DNA from: Desulfomonilia bacterium
GTDB taxonomy: Bacteria > Desulfobacterota > Desulfomonilia > UBA1062
Assembly (NCBI GenBank): GCA_963664325.2
Contig: CAXXDQ010000006.1
Coordinates: forward strand, 32,001-96,000
DNA length: 64,000 nt
Reading direction: 5' to 3'
The notes beneath the pieces were generated by a model. That model worked only from the letters and a program-made list of their open reading frames with translations. It was not told the origin of the DNA and ran no database searches. Position numbers and translations under genes: made by a program. Positions 17,408 to 27,048 of this stretch are shown here, in pieces; position 1 is the stretch's first letter; each line of letters opens with the position of its first letter.

Positions 17408-17864
17408 TAAAAAACCCAGAACTCTCATATTAGGCATGGGCAACCCTATCCTGTCCGATGACGGGGTAGGGCTTGTTCTTGCGGAAAAGCTCAGGGGAAG
17501 GATCGAAGGCGTGGATGTGGCATCGAATCCGATGATCGATCTGAGCCTGCTCGATGATATCATCGGCTATGATGTTGTTTACATGATAGATGCAATGACG
17601 ACTCGCGGGGGAAAACCCGGTGAATTGAAAAGGATTCATGAAGAGGATTCAATCGGTACACTGCACTTGTTCTCATCACACGGTATGAATTTTTTTGAAC
17701 TTATGAAGCTGGGCAGGTCAATAGGTTATAAGATGCCGGAAATTGGCGGCATATACGGTGTCGAGATTGGCGATAAGGTTGAATTCAATGAATCGCTGTC
17801 TCCGGCTGTTGAAAATAAATTGCTTGAGATTGTCGAAACCATCTGCAGAGATATAACCGGATGA
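17379..17864 (+). CDS. Hydrogenase maturation protease
   Basis: LGMGNPILSDDGVG, IDA, SSH motifs; last gene of the hydrogenase operon. Confidence 0.92.
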   Translation: MSLEKSTGINKKPRTLILGMGNPILSDDGVGLVLAEKLRGRIEGVDVASNPMIDLSLLDDIIGYDVVYMIDAMTTRGGKPGELKRIHEEDSIGTLHLFSSHGMNFFELMKLGRSIGYKMPEIGGIYGVEIGDKVEFNESLSPAVENKLLEIVETICRDITG

Positions 17865-17940
17865 TATCTATATCCATCGGAGACCAAGATTGTATTTGAA
17901 AAAGTTATGAATGTTTATGTAATGTAATCTTAAAGGAAAA

Positions 17941-18735
17941 TTGGATATGGATATACTGCAGAGCGTTGTCTATGGCCTTGTTCAGGGTTTGGGCGAATTC
18001 CTGCCGATATCAAGTTCGGCGCATCTTGTGCTCGTCCCCTGGCTTTTCAAATGGGATGATCCCGGTTTGACCTTTGACATAGCACTTCATCTGGGAACCC
18101 TCATATCCGTAATCGTTTATTTCTGGAAAGACTGGCTTAACCTTATAACAAAAGGGTTCAGCGATTATAAAAGCAGGGAGGGCAGACTGTTCTGGTATCT
18201 GGCGGCAGCGAGCATCCCGGGTTCAATCGGTGGTTTTCTGCTTGAAAATAAAGCCGAGACCGTATTCAGGGCACCTTTGCTGATCGCCATCATGCTGATT
18301 GTCATGGGGGCTATCCTGTTTTTGGCGGATCGCATGAGTTCAAAAAAAACCGGACTGGAAAATATCACTTTCAAAACCAGTCTTATGATTGGCATATCTC
18401 AGATTCTTGCGATCATCCCGGGTGTTTCGCGCTCGGGGATTACCATGACTTCAGGCCTGCTGCTGGGAATGACCAGGGATGGTGCCGCCAGGTTTTCCTT
18501 TCTGCTGTCAACGCCGATTATTTTCGGAGCGGCACTGGTTAAAGTTCCTGCAGTTGTAAAAAATCCTTCGATGATTGATACAGGCTTTTTAACCGGTATG
18601 CTGGTCTCCTGCATTGTCGGCTTTGCAAGCATCAGCATCCTTCTCCGTTATATTCAGACAAGGGATTTCATGCCATTTGTCTGGTACCGTTTCATCCTGG
18701 GAGCCATTGTAATTGGAGTTGTTGTATTGCGCTGA
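17941..18735 (+). CDS. uppP: Undecaprenyl-diphosphate phosphatase BacA
   Basis: QGLGEFLPISSSAH, PGVSRSG, ARFSFLLS. Confidence 0.95.
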   Translation: MDMDILQSVVYGLVQGLGEFLPISSSAHLVLVPWLFKWDDPGLTFDIALHLGTLISVIVYFWKDWLNLITKGFSDYKSREGRLFWYLAAASIPGSIGGFLLENKAETVFRAPLLIAIMLIVMGAILFLADRMSSKKTGLENITFKTSLMIGISQILAIIPGVSRSGITMTSGLLLGMTRDGAARFSFLLSTPIIFGAALVKVPAVVKNPSMIDTGFLTGMLVSCIVGFASISILLRYIQTRDFMPFVWYRFILGAIVIGVVVLR

Positions 18736-18739
18736 TGTT

Positions 18740-19339
18740 TTATTTCCTAACCGGGAAATAACTCTCCACAACCTGTTCAACCCGTTCAAGCCAATTTTGG
18801 CGCTCTTCAGGTGTACTTGTAACTATTACCCTGAAAATCTCCCGGTGGAATACGGGCACACCGCACAAGTCGAATATGCAGTTTTCCCATATCAGCCCGA
18901 GAGGGTCACCGAATACTGTACGTTCTCTTTTGGCCGGGGTGTTGGCGGTGTTGAAAACAACTGCCGCCTTCGCTTTCAGGAGTCCGACCGGGATTCCTTC
19001 TCCGTCATCACCTTCGAGGAACCTGTAGGCGACTCCGGCTCTTAACACACGGTCAATCCATCCCTTTAGTATTGCAGGCGGCTGTCCCCACCAGTTAGGG
19101 TGTACTATGATGATACCGTCGGCATTTGCAATTTCAAGGCAATGCTGCTTGATTTCAAAAGGGATGTCGGCATTATACGGTATTTCACAGGCAGTTATGA
19201 CCGGATTGAAGTTCTGCTTATAAAGGTCGTGGTACATTACGCAATGTCCGTTTGCTTTTATTTTCTCTGCTGCGGTCCGGGCGATTGCATGGTTAAAGCT
19301 TCCCTCATCCGGATGTGCAAGGATGATGCTGATATTCAT
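18740..19339 (-). CDS. Flavodoxin-like NAD(P)H dehydrogenase (quinone), Flavodoxin_2 family
   Basis: AHP..SFNHAI, PNWWGQPPAILKGWIDRV. Confidence 0.9.
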   Translation of the reverse strand: MNISIILAHPDEGSFNHAIARTAAEKIKANGHCVMYHDLYKQNFNPVITACEIPYNADIPFEIKQHCLEIANADGIIIVHPNWWGQPPAILKGWIDRVLRAGVAYRFLEGDDGEGIPVGLLKAKAAVVFNTANTPAKRERTVFGDPLGLIWENCIFDLCGVPVFHREIFRVIVTSTPEERQNWLERVEQVVESYFPVRK

Positions 19340-19410
19340 GTACGATATCCTCCGTGTTATTCATATAATAATCATTCACAGTATTATCAGGTTACTGAAG
19401 GGGGAGCGCA

Positions 19411-19832
19411 ATGAAAAAATCCGAGGAACATGAAGGGTTGACCATACGTGATTTTTTAACCCGTGCAGGCATTGCCTGGGCAGGTCTGCTGCTTATGCCG
19501 AACATGGGCAAAGCAATATTGGGAAACGGTAACTTGATGGCGTACAGCGGACGCATCCTCCTTAAAAACGGCCTCATACAGGTTGTCGTCCAGGGTGTTC
19601 AGTACTTGGAGGCATTCGGAAACAACCCTCTCATACTCCAGATGGCCCGTGACAAAAAGCTTGCCAGTCTTGAAGAAATCGTCTGCAAGATGACAGGCGC
19701 TGTTGCAGAACGTTATCATGTCAAGGACAGGGTATTGATCAAACAGACATTGACTCGGTATTCATAAATGGAGTGCAGGTGGTCTCAAAAGGAAAAGCTG
19801 ACTGCAGTCTTAATGCAGGTGTTGTTGTATAA
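19411..19832 (+). pseudogene. Internally deleted D-aminoacylase/amidohydrolase gene relic
   Basis: Degenerate Tat leader (LTIRDFL) + ILLKNGLI joined to LASLEEIVCKMTGAVAERYHVKDR, then shifted frame DIDSVFINGVQVV...AGVVV*. These match the N- and C-termini of the family without the core. Confidence 0.7.
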
Positions 19833-19917
19833 TGAAATCATCGTTTGCTGCTTATTTTTCTGATTGAAGGTGCAAGAGATTTTTTAAAAGAATTTGATAT
19901 AAGAATTAAAGGCCGCC

Positions 19918-19945
19918 CTGTACCCTGATTTCTATCAGGGTACAG
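19918..19945 (-). terminator. Hairpin terminator downstream of porin gene
   Basis: CTGTACCCTGAT-TTCT-ATCAGGGTACAG, 12-bp perfect stem. Confidence 0.65.
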
Positions 19946-19967
19946 AGAGGTCATGGGTTTTATCTCA

Positions 19968-21200
19968 TCAGAACGCCAGGATCATAGTAACGCCGCCCAT
20001 TGCCTCATAGCCGAGTTTGTTGTAGCCAGTGCCCAGGAAGTTCTTGTCTGCGTCTCTGCCGTTGTACATATAAAGAAATTCGGGGCATACCGTCAGGTAG
20101 TCCTTTATTTTGATGTCGCAGTTGGCGAAAGCGCTCCATGTGTAGATGTGCCTCTCGTAACCTTCAGCAACTATACCCGTTGATGACCTCTGGTAACCGC
20201 CTCCGATCCTCGGGGTGAAATTCTTGATGGGCGCCTCGATCTGCAGCCATCCTCCGTATGTGATGACGTCCTTTAGTTTGTTGCCGTCCCATTGAGGTGT
20301 CCCCATGAGCGTCAGATACTGGTTGTCATCGTATTCAGCTATATATATCGGATCAAAGAAAGACGGCCTTGCGTCAATCCCTTCCAATACGGAGAGGTTC
20401 TGGCCATACCATCCTTCCGCCTGGATATTTACCGGTTTGAGATTCGCTTCGATCCCCAGGGAAAGCGCATATGTAAGGATGTCCGTGTTGTTTAAATCCG
20501 CTATGCCCTTCGGCTTGAGCTGGTACTGCTGAATGTATCCGCTCGGATTGATTGTAAGAAGATCCAATGGCTTCCATGTCAGGTTCAAGGCCAGCGCCGG
20601 CAAATAGTTTTGAACCTGAAAGGATTCTCCATTGTCAAGTTCGTTGTTTTCCACATAGCTGTCCTCGATACTGGAATCGGTCTTGACTTCCTCCAGCGCG
20701 ATGTCAAAGCCCAGGTTTTCGCTTTTATGGCTGAAGCGTACCTGTAAAGACCTTTTCCATGGATCAAGTCCGCCGTAACCGTCCAGGCAGTTGGCGTTAT
20801 AGAGGTTCTGCTTCGGGGCCATCACCGAGAAGACTATAGGTGCCTTGCCAAACAGTATCTGATTCTCGTCAGAGAAGTTGTAGGCCCCGTAGATTGCATA
20901 CAGCTCTATCTTATAGTCAGCACTGTTGTGGTACCTGATTTCAGTGTAGGCGTTCAGATTTTTATACTCCACTTTCATGTTGATGTTGCTGGGATCGTCA
21001 ATGGCTATATACTGCTGGGTCTCCTTGTCGCTGGTGTAATCGGTCGGCACATCTCCGTGGAACTGATAATCCCATCCCGCTTCGACCCACACGCTTGCCC
21101 CCAGCGTCGCCTTCGCACCGGCAACATTAAAGTCCACCCCTGCATATACGGGCCCTGCCAAAAGCAAAACAGCTGCTAAAATTATTAACCCCTTTTTCAT
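19968..21200 (-). CDS. Outer-membrane beta-barrel (porin-like) protein
   Basis: AGGAGGAG RBS, signal peptide MKKGLIILAAVLLLAGPVYA, aromatic amphipathic strands, C-terminal Phe. Confidence 0.75.
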   Translation of the reverse strand: MKKGLIILAAVLLLAGPVYAGVDFNVAGAKATLGASVWVEAGWDYQFHGDVPTDYTSDKETQQYIAIDDPSNINMKVEYKNLNAYTEIRYHNSADYKIELYAIYGAYNFSDENQILFGKAPIVFSVMAPKQNLYNANCLDGYGGLDPWKRSLQVRFSHKSENLGFDIALEEVKTDSSIEDSYVENNELDNGESFQVQNYLPALALNLTWKPLDLLTINPSGYIQQYQLKPKGIADLNNTDILTYALSLGIEANLKPVNIQAEGWYGQNLSVLEGIDARPSFFDPIYIAEYDDNQYLTLMGTPQWDGNKLKDVITYGGWLQIEAPIKNFTPRIGGGYQRSSTGIVAEGYERHIYTWSAFANCDIKIKDYLTVCPEFLYMYNGRDADKNFLGTGYNKLGYEAMGGVTMILAF

Positions 21201-21355
21201 GACACTCCTCCTTGGTATTGTTGTTTGATTAAGAATATCGGCTGTTTGATATTTCAAACTTGAATAAAATTGATACAAAAGTGATTTGGACTTATTTATT
21301 TTCTAATGATCATCTTAACGGATACTGTTTTGCAGGAGTGTATACTTCTGTCCGG

Positions 21356-22897
21356 TTATCGGGCCGGGAATATGGCTTTGTTTGAAAGATGAGCTTTGGG
21401 CAGGTATTTGACCTGTTGGGCCCGGGAGCCTTTTAGTTCGGCGGGGGTAATGTGATGCTTCAGCTTTTCGATACGGCTGTTTGTCGTTATGCAATCCTTA
21501 AATTGGGGCAGCCATCTTTTCTGATAATGCAGCATGTTCAGCATCATGTCCCTGATGGCGTCATCGTTTTCAATGAAAGCGCATACCGGATCATTTATAA
21601 AGGCATCCAGAAGCTTGCCTGGGTCGCCTGATAAGGCTGCATCAACAACCCTTTGCTGGTTTTCAGCGAAAGGTCTTACAAGGTTAAGGATATTTTCAGG
21701 AAGCCGAACGTCATGGCGGGTTTTTAATTTTCCGTTTTCAAAAAAACCGGAGGTCTCAACAGCACAGTTTTCAGGGAGGTTCGGGATGATGCGTCTGCCA
21801 GTATTTGTAACATTGACGGGATGGAAGTTATGCAGACTCTTGTCGTTTGAACCGTTTTGTGAATGGAGCCTGTCTTCTATCATCTCGATTACACGTTCGC
21901 CTTCAAGGGTCGGTGCCGGGGGAGGCAGTATCCCACGGGCAACAGCTTTAAATCCCAGTATGGCAAGCTTTCTCTGCTTCTCGAGCAGTTTTACCTCTCT
22001 CAGTTTCGGGATTCCTTCATACTGTATCAAGGAAGGAATATTTCTTATAAGAGGTCTGTTGTATGTCCGCCACACCGCTTCGGCATTAAAGTAGTTAAAA
22101 TATTCAGGCATGAACTCAAGCACATGACGCGACCCCGGATATGGGAAACAACCGAATTCTTTAAGAAGGATGAAGCTTGCAGGACGCCTTGAGGTTTTGA
22201 TTCCAAGTTCCGCATGCTGCCTTATGATGGGGTAAAGGTCTTCACCGTCATGTTTGATTGAAAGGAGCCACGCGAAATGGTTTATTCCGCCATACTCTAT
22301 ATCAAGGCTTTCCCATCGGTGGATATCCCTGATTCCAAGGGTTTTCAAAAAGCTGAAAATTATAGGCATCCCGCTCAGAAGTTCATGGCAGATGCCCGTA
22401 GTTATGGCATTCGGGCATGCCTGGTTGGCTGCGAGCGTGATGAATGACATGGGGTTCGTGTAGTTGAGAACCATTGCATCCGGGCAGAGCTTCTCGATGT
22501 CTTTTACAATGGCAACGGTCTCGGGTATGGTACGCATTGCGCGCATTATGCCGCCGGGACCGCATGTGTCACCCGTGTTATGCGGGATTCCGAACTTGTT
22601 GGGTATATGAATGTCAAACCATTCGCCGGCCTGCTGGCCAACAGAAATGGATATGATTACGGTATCAGCGCCGGCCAGTGCCTTACGCCTGTCGACTGAA
22701 GAGTGAATAACAAGATTGCTGCCGATATCAGCCTTGCGTGCAATTTTGAGAAGCATCAGTGTAACGGTTTCAAGAAGCTGGGCGTCAATGTCCACAAGCC
22801 AGAGTTCAAAAGGAATTATACGGGCCATTGCAGCAAAATTCCTCAGCAGGTCATAGGTGAACCTGAAGGAACCCGCACCGATGAACACTATTTTCAT
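21356..22897 (-). CDS. Family 4 glycoside hydrolase (NAD+/Mn-dependent, alpha-galactosidase/MelA-like)
   Basis: IGAGS, GDTCGPGG, NYTNP, GICH, GINHFAW, NLPENCAVE. Confidence 0.88.
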   Translation of the reverse strand: MKIVFIGAGSFRFTYDLLRNFAAMARIIPFELWLVDIDAQLLETVTLMLLKIARKADIGSNLVIHSSVDRRKALAGADTVIISISVGQQAGEWFDIHIPNKFGIPHNTGDTCGPGGIMRAMRTIPETVAIVKDIEKLCPDAMVLNYTNPMSFITLAANQACPNAITTGICHELLSGMPIIFSFLKTLGIRDIHRWESLDIEYGGINHFAWLLSIKHDGEDLYPIIRQHAELGIKTSRRPASFILLKEFGCFPYPGSRHVLEFMPEYFNYFNAEAVWRTYNRPLIRNIPSLIQYEGIPKLREVKLLEKQRKLAILGFKAVARGILPPPAPTLEGERVIEMIEDRLHSQNGSNDKSLHNFHPVNVTNTGRRIIPNLPENCAVETSGFFENGKLKTRHDVRLPENILNLVRPFAENQQRVVDAALSGDPGKLLDAFINDPVCAFIENDDAIRDMMLNMLHYQKRWLPQFKDCITTNSRIEKLKHHITPAELKGSRAQQVKYLPKAHLSNKAIFPAR

Positions 22898-22923
22898 CAG
22901 AAGGTTAGAATCTGATGATTATT

Positions 22924-23727
22924 TCAGGCCGACGGAAGTGTCGTGAACACCCCTCTCGGATCGACTTCCGTCCTTAAAATATGCAGCACTTCAGGTGTTA
23001 TCATGTCAGTCAGGGGGATCTCACCCTCGGGTTTGAGAAGTTCGAACCCTGTTGTCTGCTGGGCGATATCAAATGGAATTCCGGGGTGAAGCGATTTCAC
23101 GCGCATGCGTTTTGATTCGGGTTCAAAGTCGTAAACGCCCCACTGGGTAACGACTGCAATCGGGCCGTTGCCGTAAAGACCGGCTTCCTTCCTTGAATTG
23201 CCGCCTGTAAGATGGCCTACCGATGTTATGAAATCGACCCTCTCGGGGAACTTTTCAGGCGTCTGAAGGCCTACGACAACCATGTTTTCCGCGAGTGATG
23301 CCAGGTCGTTGTTGCCGCCGGAACCGGTCATTCTGACAACAGGGTGAAGGAAGTCCTTGCCGATCATGTGAGTGTTCAGATTCCCGTACATATCGACCTG
23401 TGCGAATCCGAGGAACGCGATATCGATATAACCGTTTGCGCATTGGGCGAATGAATAGCTCATCTCCATCAGTGTCGGTGATTTTCTCCATGTAAACGGG
23501 CAGCCGACAGACCACGGAAGGTCTCCCATTCTCGGGTCCTGGCCGCCTGACTCATACACCATGGTGATATTCGGTGCATGCGTCTTCTTTGCAAGTATTC
23601 CGGCCACCATCGGCAATCCTGTTCCGACGTAAACCACCTTGTGGTCATGAATCTGTTTTGTAAGGATATAGGCCAGCATTTCCAGAGGGTTTGCAGGTGC
23701 ATTAAGGTCTCTCATTGCTTCCTCCAT
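22924..23727 (-). CDS. CoA-transferase subunit B (glutaconate CoA-transferase GctB-like)
   Basis: VGTGLP, YESG (catalytic Glu), QVDMYGNLN, GSGGNND, VDFITS. Confidence 0.88.
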   Translation of the reverse strand: MEEAMRDLNAPANPLEMLAYILTKQIHDHKVVYVGTGLPMVAGILAKKTHAPNITMVYESGGQDPRMGDLPWSVGCPFTWRKSPTLMEMSYSFAQCANGYIDIAFLGFAQVDMYGNLNTHMIGKDFLHPVVRMTGSGGNNDLASLAENMVVVGLQTPEKFPERVDFITSVGHLTGGNSRKEAGLYGNGPIAVVTQWGVYDFEPESKRMRVKSLHPGIPFDIAQQTTGFELLKPEGEIPLTDMITPEVLHILRTEVDPRGVFTTLPSA

Positions 23728-23730
23728 TTC

Positions 23731-24822
23731 CTAATAATAAAGCCCGGTGTCATTTCCGGGTGTAAATTCGGTATATGAAAAATCGATGTCTTCGTTGTCT
23801 CCTTCGGCTGCCTTTGTCTGTTTGCGTGCCTCGGCAATCCATTTTGCCCCGCCGAGCTTGTTCACGAAGTCGAACTGATCGGAATTGCTGAAGACCCATT
23901 CATCAAGGAACACCTTGAGGTTGTCGTCGTTGACGCAGGCGAATCTCAGGAATTTCTCCCACCACTGCCTTGACCAGTAGTAATATCCGGGCATATTGCC
24001 GGGGACTGCTCCGAAAGGAAGCTCGACAACAGCGTCGACATAGAAAAACGGGATAACTGAGCCCTGTCTGTTGTATCTTATTTCAGATTCGGGGACTATT
24101 TCTTCGGCGGTTATTATCAGTTTGCGGGTTGCTGCCGCTATCGCCAGGTCATTGACCTGAGGGCCGTATATGTATGCATTGCCGTATTTGTCCGCCACAT
24201 GACAATGGATGATTGAAACATCAGGGAAAAGTGCGGGAATGAATACGGCAGGGTCGTGGTCATTCCGCATGGGGTTCTGCATCACCTGCAGATATGGATT
24301 ATACTTCAATATGTCGGATGCGAGCATCTGCTTGCTGAGCACGCCGGGCACTCCGAGCTGAGCAGCCTTGAACCCGAGTGCCACGCCGCCATGGCTCCAC
24401 TCGGATAGTATCTTTACCTTTCCTTCTTTGAGTCTCCTGTCATAATTCTTATCAATGCCCCTCATTTCGGCACCGAGATATGAGTTGTGCGAATAATCAA
24501 CGTTGCCGGTGAAAATCATATAGCTCTGGTTTGTATTCGGCGCGCCTATCATCTGGATGTTTTTTTTGCCCTGCCGCATTATCTCGAAGTATGCCTGATG
24601 GGCTGTTCTGACATAGGCAAATCCGCAGTCGGTCAGGATGTCGCCGTCACTCACATATTGTGCGACTGCATCCCTGAGGCTCATGCGCTTGTCCGTCTTG
24701 TCCCGCTTTTTTGCAAGATGCGCAACACGAGCCGATTCATAATCCACAAGCCTGTCCAGAATATCTGTACCGCCGATTTTCAGGTTTGCCAGGGCTTCCT
24801 GGTTATACTGATATTTTGCCAT
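23731..24822 (-). CDS. CoA-transferase subunit A (GctA-like)
   Basis: MSLRDAV..VSDGD, PALFPDVSIIH..ADKYGN, AEEIV, VDAVVELPFGA; GGAGG RBS. Confidence 0.88.
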   Translation of the reverse strand: MAKYQYNQEALANLKIGGTDILDRLVDYESARVAHLAKKRDKTDKRMSLRDAVAQYVSDGDILTDCGFAYVRTAHQAYFEIMRQGKKNIQMIGAPNTNQSYMIFTGNVDYSHNSYLGAEMRGIDKNYDRRLKEGKVKILSEWSHGGVALGFKAAQLGVPGVLSKQMLASDILKYNPYLQVMQNPMRNDHDPAVFIPALFPDVSIIHCHVADKYGNAYIYGPQVNDLAIAAATRKLIITAEEIVPESEIRYNRQGSVIPFFYVDAVVELPFGAVPGNMPGYYYWSRQWWEKFLRFACVNDDNLKVFLDEWVFSNSDQFDFVNKLGGAKWIAEARKQTKAAEGDNEDIDFSYTEFTPGNDTGLYY

Positions 24823-25216
24823 AAGAAGATCCTCCGTGAATAAATATCTGCTAGATGATTGTAATAATCGAGCCAAAAGTTAAAATACTTTAAATAATCC
24901 CGCCGGTCAATAAAAACAATAATAAAAATAAATAGTTGTATGCTTGTAAGATGGTATTATCATATTAGTTTTAAAAGCGGGCTTTAAACCCGACCGAAAT
25001 GGATGCTGGCTGCAGAAACTAATTTGGTATTATAATAATAAAAGAATAGAAAGCATCTGATGCAGATCGGTCGATCGACTGAAACCAACGCATTCAATGA
25101 TTCAGCTGATGAATGATTGCTTAAATCATCTGGGAATTAACAGAGGTTCTCTGTGAGAATATCTGAATTTTGCACTTTCTGTACCGGGATATAAGATTCT
25201 TTCAGGGGGTGGATGT

Positions 25217-26854
25217 ATGCATGAAAAACCGATAACCAGACGCAGTTTTTTGAAACTGGGCAGCACTGCGGCCATTGGTATTGCAGGTGCAGGCGTTTTG
25301 GGTTGCAGCAGGAAGCAGGATTATGCGCTCGATATCGATCCTGCCGTTTATGATACGCCTGAAAAAGCGGGAATACCCATCGAGAACCTGATAAAAAAAG
25401 CCGGCTCCCTTGGGGGCAAGCGGCCTAATATAATTATCATCCTGTGCGACGACCTCGGCTATGGAGACCTCGGCTGCTACGGCAGCATCGCCATCAAGAC
25501 GCCGAATCTTGACAGGATGGCTGGCGAAGGCATGAGATTCACAGATTTCTATGCCTGCAACGCCTTATGTTCTCCGTCCCGGGCGGGATTGCTGACCGGC
25601 AGGTATCCGCACAGGACAGGTGTCACGTTCCCGGTGGACCTGCATGAACCTTTCCTGAAGAGGCTGGGCATGGCCGCCGGACGCCTGTTCTTCTTCGACC
25701 TCTTCGTGCATCTCGGCGCCATCGACGGTGTCGGCGCAAAGAGCATAGTGCAGGGACTGCCCCTGTCTGAGCTCACCATTGCGTCTGCTCTGAAAGTCGC
25801 CGGGTACAGAACCGCGGCGCTCGGCAAGTGGCATCTGGGCGATTTCACAAAGCTGCCGCAGCACCATCCTTACAGGCATGGGTTCGACTACTTTGCGGGA
25901 TTCGCAGGTGTCAATGACGATCCTCCCCAATATCCGTTCTGGCGGGGCGAGAAGGAGATCGTGCACAACATCGGGCTGGCCCAGGAGCCTTATACCGGGA
26001 TACTGACGCAGGAGGCGGTGAATTTCATCGAGCAGTCGAAGCACGAACCCTTCTTCCTCTATTTCGCCCACAAGGACCCGCACCAGCCCAACATACCATC
26101 TAATCGCTTCAAGAATTCATCCGAGGGCGGGCGGTACGGGGACACAGTGCAGGAGGTCGACTGGAGCGTGGGCGAGGTTCTCAAATGCCTTGAGAGGAAC
26201 AACCTGACGCAGGACACGATCATACTTTTCACCAGCGACAACGGCGCCTTCTTCAACGGGAGCAACGGCATCCTGCGGGGAGGGAAGGGCCAGAGCTACG
26301 AGGGCGGGTTCCGCGTGCCCATGCTTGCATGGTGGCCCGGGCGCATCCCGGCCGGCAGTGTATGCAGCGAGCCCTTAATGAACATTGACTTCTTCCCCAC
26401 CTGCCTGTCGCTGGCCGGGCTTGCTCCGCCTCCTGACAGGATAATCGACGGCAGGGACATCACGGGACTGCTTGAAGGAACTGTCAAGAAATCCCCGCAT
26501 GACGCCCTGTTCTTCTTCCATCACAACGAGATCGAGGGTGTCAGGGAAGGCGACTGGAAATACTTCCGCCGCATCAATCATGCCGTCTATCCGGTCTATG
26601 CCGACAAGGACAATACCGTGCTTGGGACGCTGGTCAGCAAATTCTTCAACTATACGGACAAGGACTCCGAGGGCAGGACACAGACAGTACCGTTTTTGGG
26701 CAGACTTCCGCTCCTCTACAACATGAGGACTGACCCGGGCGAAAGGTACAATGAGATCGACAAATACCCTGAGGTCGGGCGCAGGATGCTCGGCCTGATG
26801 AGCCAGTGGGAGCAGGCATTCGCCAAAAATCCGAGGGGATGGATCACGAAATGA
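25217..26854 (+). CDS. Arylsulfatase, Cys-type, Tat-exported lipoprotein
   Basis: ITRRSFLK Tat motif, VLG-C lipobox, RPNII..DDLGYGD, CSPSR FGly signature, GKWHLG, SDNG. Confidence 0.93.
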   Translation: MHEKPITRRSFLKLGSTAAIGIAGAGVLGCSRKQDYALDIDPAVYDTPEKAGIPIENLIKKAGSLGGKRPNIIIILCDDLGYGDLGCYGSIAIKTPNLDRMAGEGMRFTDFYACNALCSPSRAGLLTGRYPHRTGVTFPVDLHEPFLKRLGMAAGRLFFFDLFVHLGAIDGVGAKSIVQGLPLSELTIASALKVAGYRTAALGKWHLGDFTKLPQHHPYRHGFDYFAGFAGVNDDPPQYPFWRGEKEIVHNIGLAQEPYTGILTQEAVNFIEQSKHEPFFLYFAHKDPHQPNIPSNRFKNSSEGGRYGDTVQEVDWSVGEVLKCLERNNLTQDTIILFTSDNGAFFNGSNGILRGGKGQSYEGGFRVPMLAWWPGRIPAGSVCSEPLMNIDFFPTCLSLAGLAPPPDRIIDGRDITGLLEGTVKKSPHDALFFFHHNEIEGVREGDWKYFRRINHAVYPVYADKDNTVLGTLVSKFFNYTDKDSEGRTQTVPFLGRLPLLYNMRTDPGERYNEIDKYPEVGRRMLGLMSQWEQAFAKNPRGWITK

Positions 26855-27048
26855 AAAAAAGAACCTTTGAAGATAACATTATAGCGGACGATGAAGAGAT
26901 TGTGTGAGGAGAGAAATTAAAGACTGAAGGATGATAAAGGTAATGATCAGATTCTGTAATCCCGGTCATAGGCTGCCTCACACAGTGAAGGAAATCAACC
27001 CCATAATACACTTGCACGCTGGCTTTACAAAAGGCTAATATCTGTATC

